Below, one piece after another: positions 56,143-64,000 of a stretch of DNA of 64,000 bases. The DNA lies in assembly GCA_016201505.1 (NCBI GenBank), contig JACQCQ010000002.1:76750-140749 (forward strand). Reading direction: 5' to 3'. Source of the stretch: Candidatus Sungiibacteriota bacterium. GTDB taxonomy: Bacteria; Patescibacteriota; Minisyncoccia; Sungbacterales; JACQCQ01. A program made the translations under genes and the position numbers. The notes under the pieces were generated by a model. That model made no database searches, was not told where the DNA came from, and saw nothing but the letters and a program-made list of their open reading frames with translations. Numbering within the stretch: position 1 is the first letter of the stretch; every line of letters starts with the position of its first letter.

Positions 56143-56616
56143 AGCGTAATTCCTTGTCGGGTAAGTTCCGACGTGCACGAAAGGCGTAACGACTGGAGAA
56201 CTGTCTCAACGAGGTGCCCGGTGAAAATACAATATCGGTGAAGATGCCGATTACCCACAGATAGACGAAAAGACCCCGGGAGCTTTACTGCAGCTTGATA
56301 TTGGCAATGAATACTTTATGCGTAGCATAGATGGGAGACTTTGAAGTCGTGGTTTCGGCCATGATGGAGTCGCCAGTGAAATACCATTCTTAAAGAATTC
56401 TTTGTCTAACTTGTAGAGACGAAACTCTATGCAGACAGTGTCTGGCGGGCAGTTTAAGTGGGGCACTTGCCTCCCAAAAAGTAATGGAGGCGTTTATTAA
56501 GGTTGGCTAGCGCCGGATGGAAATCGGCGTCGTCCCGTAAAGGGAAATGCCAGCTTGACTGCAAGGCGGGTATGCCGCGCAGGTGCGAAAGCAGAACTTA
56601 GTGATCCGATGGCTAT

Positions 56617-56712
56617 GGTTGTTTAGTTTACTAGTTTCGGTCTTTATTGACCTACTGGTTTTCTAGTTTTCGAACTAGTTAACTAGAAAACTGGTGAACT
56701 GATCAATTTCTT
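56617..56712 (+). other. 23S insertion near E. coli position 2405 with ACTAGAAA 8-mer arrays
   Basis: Between GTGATCCGATGGC and GGCCAAAGCTCA..AAAAGCTACCCCGGGGATAAC. Confidence 0.7.
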
Positions 56713-56739
56713 GCTAGAACAAGGCCAAAGCTCATCAGC

Positions 56740-56770
<31 letters not shown>

Positions 56771-56902
56771 GCTTCCAAGAGTTCATATCGACGAAGCGGT
56801 TCGGCACCTCGATGTCGGCTCGGCTTATCCTGGAGGTGGAGAAGCTTCCAAGGGTTTGGCTGTTCGCCAATTAAAAAGTCACGCGAGCTGGGTTCAAACC
56901 GT

Positions 56903-57740
56903 CAACAAAAGAACCCGAAAATGACATCGAAACATTCAACAAGTTTTTGATAGGAGCTTGTTTGAAACACACGGCGGCCCCTGGTAGCAATGCCGGGGAG
57001 CGAAACCCGTAGAATCCCAAGGGGGTCCGGGTAAGAAAACCGACTCATATCGATGAAATCCACGTATGCATTCAACCTGTCATATGTTAGGATAATATCG
57101 AGGGAAGTCGTGTATGTTGCAATCGTTAACGCAAAATCAAAGGGCATATATTGCAGGTTTTCTTGATGGAGATGGAAGCATTTATGTGCGAGCAAAACCA
57201 AACCCTACTTATCGGTTTGGCTTTCAAATTGCTCCATATATAGTATTTTTCCAGTCACAATCTAGTCAGGAAAGATTTGGGGAGATATGCAAGTTGATTA
57301 GCGTGGGACATTTACGCATTCGAAGTGACGGTATTCTTGAGTACATCATAAATCGTATTGATGAAATCAAGATGTTGCTGGAATGTGTTCGTCCCTTCGC
57401 AATTCTCAAAAGGCGACAGATAGATTTGATGTTGAAAATAATTGAATCAAAGTCGCAAGTAGAGAACGAAGACGATTTTGAGAAACTTCTTCAACTAGTA
57501 AATTCTTATCGAGAATTAAACTATTCTAAGAAGAGAAAGCAACGTTCATTGACCCCGTAGAGACTTGTCGTGAAAGCGGCAGAGTAATTCAGAAATGATT
57601 TGCTAACACGTCGGTCACCCATTAAATGTAGATACTGTTTAATGGGTTGGTGGTATAGTCCAATCCCTCTAGTAATAGAGGAAGGTTAAGCATTTAGTAA
57701 CCTTAATTCTTGACTCTAAATTCTTAATTCTAGTAAACAG
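56903..57740 (+). ncRNA. Group I intron at the L2593-equivalent site, with homing endonuclease
   Basis: Exon AAACCGT^CGTGAGACAG; GTAGAGACT and GGTATAGTCC core; terminal G. Confidence 0.92.
57114..57560 (+). CDS. Single-motif LAGLIDADG homing endonuclease (I-CreI-like)
   Basis: AYIAGFLDGDGSI, 148 aa, inside the L2593 intron (the site class I-CreI occupies). Confidence 0.93.
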   Translation: MLQSLTQNQRAYIAGFLDGDGSIYVRAKPNPTYRFGFQIAPYIVFFQSQSSQERFGEICKLISVGHLRIRSDGILEYIINRIDEIKMLLECVRPFAILKRRQIDLMLKIIESKSQVENEDDFEKLLQLVNSYRELNYSKKRKQRSLTP

Positions 57741-57883
57741 CGTGAGACAGGTTGGTCTCCTATCTTCTGTGGGCGTAGAAATTTGAGAGGGCTTCTGGAC
57801 AGTACGAGAGGACCTTCAGGAACAAACCTCTGGTGTACCAGCTGTTCCGCCAGGAGCATCGCTGGGTAGCTATGTTTGGTTGT

Positions 57884-57914
<31 letters not shown>

Positions 57915-58087
57915 ACGCCTCAAGATAAGATTTCATAGATCCCTGAGAGATTATCAGGTTGATAGGGTGCAGGTGTACATGGAGTAATCCATTCAGCCGA
58001 GCACTACTAATAGATCATCACCACTTTTTATTTTCCTTTGCCCGCCGAAGCGTTATGCGACGGCAGGACGGTGAGAATAATACAATT

Positions 58088-58128
58088 CTTGCCCGCCTAA
58101 GTTTTTCGTTAGAAAAATTTTGGCGGGG
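58088..58128. repeat. REP-like hairpin, CCCGCCTAAGTTTT...AAAATTTTGGCGGG family
   Basis: Inverted copy inside the L1931 intron (about 55917-55957); degenerate copy at about 62760-62840. Confidence 0.7.
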
Positions 58129-58294
58129 TTTATTACCCTTTTGCAGTTATTAGCTTTGAATGTGCGTTTCTCCAAAATAAAACTTGCCGACCTCGAACGC
58201 GCCGGACTCGGCCGCGAGGTCTGAGAGGGAAAGGAGAGCCTCTAAGCTCTTATCCTACCCTCTCTCTAACACCGAGTTTCGTATTTTAAAATTC

Positions 58295-58336
58295 CATCTA
58301 GTACAATATATCCGATCGGATATATTGTACTAGATG
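58295..58336. repeat. Perfect 42-bp palindrome in the 23S-5S spacer
   Basis: CATCTAGTACAATATATCCGA|TCGGATATATTGTACTAGATG. Confidence 0.9.
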
Positions 58337-58509
58337 AGTGAGGAATAATAGATAGCAATAATATAAAGCATTGTTTTGGTGGCTTACAGGTACGTGGCAC
58401 CACCCCCGCCTGCGCTAAGGCTTCGGCGGGTAAGCCTTTCTCTGCTACACAACGCAGTTGTGCCACGGGACTTAGCATTCCGACTGTGCCCCGTACCAAA
58501 TTTGCTATT

Positions 58510-58628
58510 TGCTGGTGTCTTTCATCTTTTGGGTACCACCCCTTCCCATTCCGAACAGGGCCGTTAAACCAAAAGTAGCCGATGATACTCGGAGGTTTAG
58601 CCTCCCGGGAAAGTAGGTGATGCCAGCA
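58510..58628 (+). rRNA. rrf: 5S rRNA
   Basis: TGCTGGTGTC...CCACCCCTTCCCATTCCGAACAGGG..GTTAAAC..GCCGATGATACT..GGAAAGTAGGTGATGCCAGCA. Confidence 0.92.
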
Positions 58629-58880
58629 TATAAAAGATTTGGTTCGGGGACCCCGAGCAATCGCTCCCGCGATATTTGGAGGCAGGGGGCAGGGTCTCAC
58701 TTCGGAAAGCATAGCAGGGCGAAGTCCCGCATCGAGCTTTGCTCTGGTGCGGGATAGCTGCCGCCAGAACAATGCTTTTTATTTTTCCCACGAAGTGGGA
58801 AAAATAACCCTGAGCGCAGTTGAAGGGTCACACTATTCTCATTATTCCTAATTCCTGATTCATAATTCATAATGAAGGGC

Positions 58881-58997
58881 ATGGATCCCGTTAGAAGCCG
58901 CGATCGTCGAATGATAGGATAAAATATAACTGATTTAAATATCATTAACACTACGCAGATTCCGCGCAGAATCGCGATCTGCTTCTAACGGGATGGA
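58881..58997. mobile_element. Single MITE-like element at a start codon, same family as 15764-16352
   Basis: ATGGA-TCCCGTTAGAAGCCGCGATCG...CGCGATCTGCTTCTAACGGG-ATGGA. Confidence 0.8.
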
Positions 58998-59778
58998 CTG
59001 GCGTACCGCTCGACAATTGACCGTGATTTTTATCGCCGTTTTGGTTGTCGGCGGCATTCTTTTTTTTCTCACCTACGGCTATTTCCATCAGCCGGCATCG
59101 TGTACTGATAACAAGAAAAATCAGGGAGAAGAAGAAGTTGATTGCGGCGGCCCCTGCGAGCCGTGCGCCTTCAAGCATCAAAAGCCAGCAGAAGTTTTTT
59201 TCGCCCGAGTTTTGCCGTTGCGGCCGGGGAACTATGATGTCGTGGCTGAAATTCAAAATCCCAATGATCATTTAGCAGCGAATCCCTTAGCCTATCGGGT
59301 GCATGTGTTTGATGATCACGGAGTTGAAATTGCAACGCGGGAAAATCTAACCTTCGCCTATCCCAGTGACAAGATCTATATCGTTGAAAGCAACTTTCTA
59401 ACCGAGCGCAAACCAGTTCACGCGAGCCTTGAAGTCATTGACCAGGCAACTTTGTGGACATTCACCAATGACTTGCGTCCGGAATTTCAAATTGGCAATA
59501 AAACCTATGTAGTTTCGGCCGACAATGAGGTCAAAGTGACGGCTGATGTGATGAGTCGAGCTGATTTTGGGTTTAATCAAGTTGAAATCCGGGTGGCCCT
59601 GCTCGACAACGCGGGAAATGTCGTAGGGGCGGCTAAAACCATTCTGGATCATGTGAGTCCCCGCCAGTCTCGGCGGGTTGAATTTACCTGGCCGCAGGCG
59701 CCACAAGATTTGGTGGCTCACGTCGACATTGAAGCCAAAGCCAACGGCCTCGATAAAACCAATGTCTTTCTGCCGTAG
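58993..59778 (+). CDS. Membrane-anchored hypothetical protein with a Cys-rich CTDNKKNQGEEEVDCGGPC motif
   Basis: TM helix, Cys motif and beta-rich C-terminal region. Confidence 0.75.
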   Translation: MDWRTARQLTVIFIAVLVVGGILFFLTYGYFHQPASCTDNKKNQGEEEVDCGGPCEPCAFKHQKPAEVFFARVLPLRPGNYDVVAEIQNPNDHLAANPLAYRVHVFDDHGVEIATRENLTFAYPSDKIYIVESNFLTERKPVHASLEVIDQATLWTFTNDLRPEFQIGNKTYVVSADNEVKVTADVMSRADFGFNQVEIRVALLDNAGNVVGAAKTILDHVSPRQSRRVEFTWPQAPQDLVAHVDIEAKANGLDKTNVFLP

Positions 59779-59780
59779 CG

Positions 59781-60941
59781 GTGAATTTCGACGCTCGTGA
59801 CATGCTAAAATCTTTTTTGGAATTGGCGCGGCAAATGGATTGGATATTGGCCGGATCCGTATTTGTATTGCTTTTATTAAGCCTCGTGTCGCTCGCCAGT
59901 TTCTCAACCACCACGCCCTTCCCGTATTTTTCGAGACAAATTATTTGGATCTTACTTGGTATCGCGGCTTTTTTTACCGTCAGCTTTTTTGACTACCGGA
60001 TTCTTAAAAATTATGGCGGCTTGCTGCTGTTGATTTATTTACTCTTGCTCGTGCTGCTTCTCGTTTTAATCGTCGTAGGGCGCGAGGTTCGCGGCGTTGT
60101 CTCGTGGTTTCGGTTTGGCTCGTTTGCGTTAGAGCCCGGGGAATTCATGAAAATTGCGCTGGTGCTGATTCTGGCCAAATATTTTTCGCGCCGGCATGTT
60201 GAAATTTATCGCCTGCGGCATCTCATTATTTCCGGCCTCTATGCCGGTATGCCGGCTTTTCTCGTATTACGCCAGCCCGATCTTGGTATGGCTGTAATTC
60301 TTGGGTCTATCTGGCTCGGTATCGTTTTGTTTTCTGGAATTAAATTTAAGCATCTGGCGATTTTTTTTCTGCTGCTTGCCGCTCTTTCGGTTTTTGGTTG
60401 GTATTTTATGTTAGCGCCCTACCAGCATGCGCGCATTATTTCATTTCTGAATCCCTGGAATGACCCCCTACATTCCGGCTATAATGCCATTCAAGCCATG
60501 ATTGCGGTCGGATCCGGTAAGATCTGGGGCAAGGGTTTGGGATACGGTTCACAGACCCACTTAAATTTTCTCCCCGAGCCGGCAACCGATTTTATTTTTG
60601 CCGGGTTTGCCGAAGAATGGGGACTTATCGGTGTTTTATTTCTACTGCTTATTTATTTTGTATTTTTTTTACGCTTATTTCGCATTGGCATGCGAGCAGG
60701 GGATAATTTTGCGCGGCTCGTGATTCTCGGTGTAACGACTGTGTTTTTTGTCCATGTCATGATTAATATTGGCATGAATATGGGCTTATTTCCGATAACT
60801 GGCATCACCCTGCCCTTTGTTTCTTATGGAGGATCCTCGATTTTGACGGACATGATTCTCGTCGGGCTGGTCCAAAGTATTTCGGTTCGTTCGTTAAAAA
60901 GTACTGCCTTTACCACTCGCGAGAGCCTGGTTGCGGCTTAA
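59781..60941 (+). CDS. rodA: Rod shape-determining SEDS glycosyltransferase
   Basis: EPGEFMK, QPDLG, LPEPATDFIFA..AEEWG and TGITLPFVSYGGSS. Confidence 0.92.
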   Translation: MNFDARDMLKSFLELARQMDWILAGSVFVLLLLSLVSLASFSTTTPFPYFSRQIIWILLGIAAFFTVSFFDYRILKNYGGLLLLIYLLLLVLLLVLIVVGREVRGVVSWFRFGSFALEPGEFMKIALVLILAKYFSRRHVEIYRLRHLIISGLYAGMPAFLVLRQPDLGMAVILGSIWLGIVLFSGIKFKHLAIFFLLLAALSVFGWYFMLAPYQHARIISFLNPWNDPLHSGYNAIQAMIAVGSGKIWGKGLGYGSQTHLNFLPEPATDFIFAGFAEEWGLIGVLFLLLIYFVFFLRLFRIGMRAGDNFARLVILGVTTVFFVHVMINIGMNMGLFPITGITLPFVSYGGSSILTDMILVGLVQSISVRSLKSTAFTTRESLVAA

Positions 60942-61081
60942 TCGTAGCTAGTGGCTAAGGGCTAGTGGCTATATACTAGTTTTAATGATCCCTCGGCGTT
61001 GCTCGGGACGAGTTTTAGAAAAGGGTCTATTAATATTTTCAGCTCTCCCATGTGTCCAACTTGTGGTGAGCTCATCGAACC

Positions 61082-61540
61082 ATGACTATCTATCTTGGGG
61101 CAGACCATCGCGGCTTTGGTTTAAAAGAGCATGTCAAGGCTCAATTAACTGAGGCCGGCTATGACGTTCGCGACATCGGCGCTGCGCAGATAGACGTAGC
61201 CGATGATTATCCTGATTTTGCGATTATAGCCCTCGAGGCCCTTAGTCAGGATTTAAAAAATAGAGCCATTTTAATTTGCGGTTCCGGGCATGGCATGGAT
61301 ATGATTGCCAATAAATTTTCCGGCGTTCGGGCGGCGCTTTGTTTTAATACAGCGGTGGCTAAACAATCGCGCGAGCATGAGGATGCCAATGTGTTAGTTT
61401 TGGCTTCCGACTGGGTAAAAGAACAAGAGGCCTGGAATATCATCGAGATCTGGCTTGAGACAGAGTATGGGAAGGCGGAAAGAAATGAAAGAAGACTTCG
61501 AAAAATAAAGGAGATTGAGGAAAAACATTTTAAAGAGTAA
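61082..61540 (+). CDS. rpiB: Ribose-5-phosphate isomerase B
   Basis: GADHRG, DDYPD, ICGSGHGM..ANK and REHEDANVL. Confidence 0.93.
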   Translation: MTIYLGADHRGFGLKEHVKAQLTEAGYDVRDIGAAQIDVADDYPDFAIIALEALSQDLKNRAILICGSGHGMDMIANKFSGVRAALCFNTAVAKQSREHEDANVLVLASDWVKEQEAWNIIEIWLETEYGKAERNERRLRKIKEIEEKHFKE

Positions 61541-61602
61541 TCGCCAATATACGAATCTACACGAAATATACCAATATACAAATTCGTATATTCGTGATTA
61601 CT

Positions 61603-62271
61603 ATGAATCTTGAAATCATCCCCGCCATTAACGCGGAAACGTTTAAAGAAGTTGAGAAAAAAATAAGACAAGTTGAGCCCTATGTTCGCTGGGTGCATTT
61701 GGATGTAGCGGACGGCACATTTACACCAAACACACTCTGGCATAATGCCGCAGAACTTTTTGTTTTAAAGACGAATGCGCTCGTTGAGGTGCATTTAATG
61801 GTCGAGGAGCCGGAGAAAGTCATTGATGCTTGGATCGGCGCCGGGGCCAAGCGCATTATTATACAAGTCGAGACCATCGAAGATTTTACATTCCTCAAAT
61901 CGCGCTGCGATCAACATAAAGTTTTTTTGATGGTATCCGCCGCGCCGCAAACCTCATGGCAAGAACTCAAGCCCTATGCCGCAAAAAATGTTGTCTCGTA
62001 TCAATTTTTGACAGTCTGCCCGGGACTTCCCGGCCAGTCGTTCATCGAAGGCGGGACCAGTGAATATCCTGAAAATATTTTCGATAAAATTAAAGGCTTG
62101 CGAGCAAAATGCAGTTACTGCGACATTGAAGTCGACGGTGGAGTAAGGCCCGGCATTGCGCGCCGCTGCCGCGAGGCCGGCGCTAATCTGTTTGCTGCGG
62201 CTTCGGCGATTTTTAGCGGACTGGAAATCAAAACCGCCATAGACGCGTTAAAAAACGATGTTGCGCTATAA
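61603..62271 (+). CDS. rpe: Ribulose-phosphate 3-epimerase
   Basis: HLDVADG, EVHLMV, PGLPGQ and IEVDGG. Confidence 0.9.
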   Translation: MNLEIIPAINAETFKEVEKKIRQVEPYVRWVHLDVADGTFTPNTLWHNAAELFVLKTNALVEVHLMVEEPEKVIDAWIGAGAKRIIIQVETIEDFTFLKSRCDQHKVFLMVSAAPQTSWQELKPYAAKNVVSYQFLTVCPGLPGQSFIEGGTSEYPENIFDKIKGLRAKCSYCDIEVDGGVRPGIARRCREAGANLFAAASAIFSGLEIKTAIDALKNDVAL

Positions 62272-62303
62272 ATTCGATAGACTAGTCTATCGAATTTATA
62301 GCG
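62264..62303. repeat. Perfect 40-bp palindrome, GATAGACTAGTCTATC family copy 2, overlapping the rpe stop
   Basis: CGCTATAAATTCGATAGACT|AGTCTATCGAATTTATAGCG. Confidence 0.9.
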
Positions 62304-62423
62304 TTTTGGCGTTTTAGTATTTCTAGTTCACAAGATTGGCCCGTGATGCTATAGTGAACCTAACATAGAGGCTGGTCGAAACTCTATATTCTTATTCCTT
62401 TTTCGTGATTCTATTTTTATTTT

Positions 62424-62696
62424 ATGATGGACATAGCAAAAGACGGCATGCAGCATGATAAAATGCATTGGCACTGCTGCTGGATGCCGATGCTGGGGAA
62501 ACTTCTCTGGGTGCTGGCGTTTCTGGAAATGATCGGGGCACTGCTTGCCTATTGGAGTGGCGGAGAATTCTTGGGCGTTCACGGCATGACCTGGCTCTGG
62601 TTCTCCTTGGTTAAAGGCGTTCTTGCGACAGGAGCCAAGATGAAGCCTCACTGGTGCAGCTGCACGCAATGCTCGAGCGGAAAGCCGATGATGTAA
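62424..62696 (+). CDS. Small two-TM protein with His/Cys-rich termini
   Basis: MHWHCCW, two hydrophobic segments, HWCSCTQC; terminator-like IR follows. Confidence 0.65.
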   Translation: MMDIAKDGMQHDKMHWHCCWMPMLGKLLWVLAFLEMIGALLAYWSGGEFLGVHGMTWLWFSLVKGVLATGAKMKPHWCSCTQCSSGKPMM

Positions 62697-62885
62697 TCAA
62701 AAAGCCCCAGTCGATTTATCCCGGATGGTGTCGCAGGGATATTGAGGGGCTTTTTGATTTGCCCGCCTAAGTTTTTGTTAGAGGTTTATATCTTGAGATT
62801 CTCCTTTTATTAATATCCCCATGACAAAGACTTAGACGGGTGTGTGGATTCGCTCTCACGCGGGCCTGGGATACAATAGAAACTA

Positions 62886-63743
62886 ATGCGTTTAGATGAC
62901 GAAAAACTTAAATTTCTAGAAACAAAAGCCAACGAGATTCGCCAGTCGATTATTGGGATGCTGGTGGCTGCGGGCTCCGGCCATTCTGCCGGACCATTGG
63001 GGATGGCCGATGTTTTTGCGGCTCTTTATTTTCACTCGCTTGCGCTGGACCCTAAAAATCCGTCGTGGGAGGGACGCGATCGGCTCGTCCTTTCAAACGG
63101 GCATATTTGCCCGGTGTTATATGCGACCATGGCGCATGCCGGATATTTTCCTGTTGAAGAATTAAAAACACTGCGTAAATTCGGGACTCGTCTCCAAGGT
63201 CATCCACATAGGACTAGTCTTCCCGGGCTCGAGACCTCATCTGGTCCGCTTGGTTCCGGCCTTTCGCAAGCCATTGGTATGGCCCTGGGACTTCGCATGG
63301 ATAAAAAATTAAACTGGGTTTTGTGTTTGATGAGCGATGGCGAACAGGATGAGGGGCAAACTTGGGAAGCCGTACTCCAGGCGGGAAAAGAACGACTATA
63401 CAATCTGATCTGCATCATGGATCGCAATAATATCCAGATTGACGGCAACACCGAAGACATCATGCCGCTTGAGCCCTTGAAGGCCAAATACGAGGCTTTT
63501 AACTGGCATGTTTTAGAGATTGACGGGCATAATTTCGACCAAATTATCTCGGCCATTGACGAGGCCAAGGCCATTTACGAAAAACCGAAGATGATTATTG
63601 CCCACACCATTCCCGGGAAGGGCGTTGATTTCATGGAGCGCAGATTTGAGTGGCATGGTGTTCCGCCCAACAAAGAACAGGCCGAAATTGCCCTTGAGGA
63701 GCTACGCACTCTGGGCGGTAGAATAACCAGTGAACATCAATAG
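62886..63743 (+). CDS. Transketolase N-terminal subunit
   Basis: GSGH, SNGH, LQGHP, SDGEQDEG and WHG. Confidence 0.93.
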   Translation: MRLDDEKLKFLETKANEIRQSIIGMLVAAGSGHSAGPLGMADVFAALYFHSLALDPKNPSWEGRDRLVLSNGHICPVLYATMAHAGYFPVEELKTLRKFGTRLQGHPHRTSLPGLETSSGPLGSGLSQAIGMALGLRMDKKLNWVLCLMSDGEQDEGQTWEAVLQAGKERLYNLICIMDRNNIQIDGNTEDIMPLEPLKAKYEAFNWHVLEIDGHNFDQIISAIDEAKAIYEKPKMIIAHTIPGKGVDFMERRFEWHGVPPNKEQAEIALEELRTLGGRITSEHQ

Positions 63744-64000
63744 TCATTAGTTTTTTAGCTGTGGTCTTAAGTCATCAGTTCGAGTTAAACTAAAACCAGC
63801 GACGAGTAACTAAAAAGAAGAATTAAAAACCAAGAACTAAAACGATGTCAAACCTTTATACCCAATCACTAGAGTCCAAGCTTTATTTTGTCGTTTTCTT
63901 TTTATCTTCAAGCTTTTTAGCGGTTCAAATTTATCGGTCGGGTCTCTACACTATTGTTCTCGACGCTGAAACACATCAAAGCCAAAGTTTAACAGCATTA

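Noticed and set aside
63845-64000. Partial ORF at the window end
   Set aside because: Truncated with no recognisable motif; cannot be called.

Overview
64-kb bacterial window that looks like a Patescibacteria/CPR (Parcubacteria-like) genome. This assignment is inferred from gene content, the scarcity of Shine-Dalgarno (SD) sites on core genes and a heavily interrupted rRNA. Layout: (1) 0.2-22 kb envelope/glycan region with an AcpS-FkbH-ACP-MaoC-MBOAT-SGNH acylation cluster, a NeuA/SDR/ALDH/transketolase/KdsC-like/NeuB cluster and glycosyltransferases; (2) 22-49.6 kb mostly housekeeping genes (murB, hpf, two speD-like genes, secA, purD, dinB, M1 peptidase, secDF, efp) plus a four-helix-bundle gene and several unannotated microproteins; (3) 49.7-58.8 kb a 23S-5S unit with no 16S, in which the 23S gene is stretched to about 7.1 kb by three group I introns (one with a LAGLIDADG ORF) and at least eight helix insertions; (4) rodA, rpiB, rpe and a transketolase N-subunit. 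Best candidate for an undescribed system: three gene cassettes inside the rRNA transcript (one in the leader, two in 23S insertions). They share TGTA..CTGAATTG / CAATTCAG..TACA inverted termini and a conserved GGGA...GTCAG..GAC...TCCCC 3' hairpin, but carry unrelated SD-led cargo ORFs. The window also holds several families of small palindromic or 7-8-mer-array elements: one sits precisely at start codons, one is repeated in four 23S helices, and fragments lie in frame inside housekeeping proteins. All product calls come from motif recognition by eye; no searches were run.
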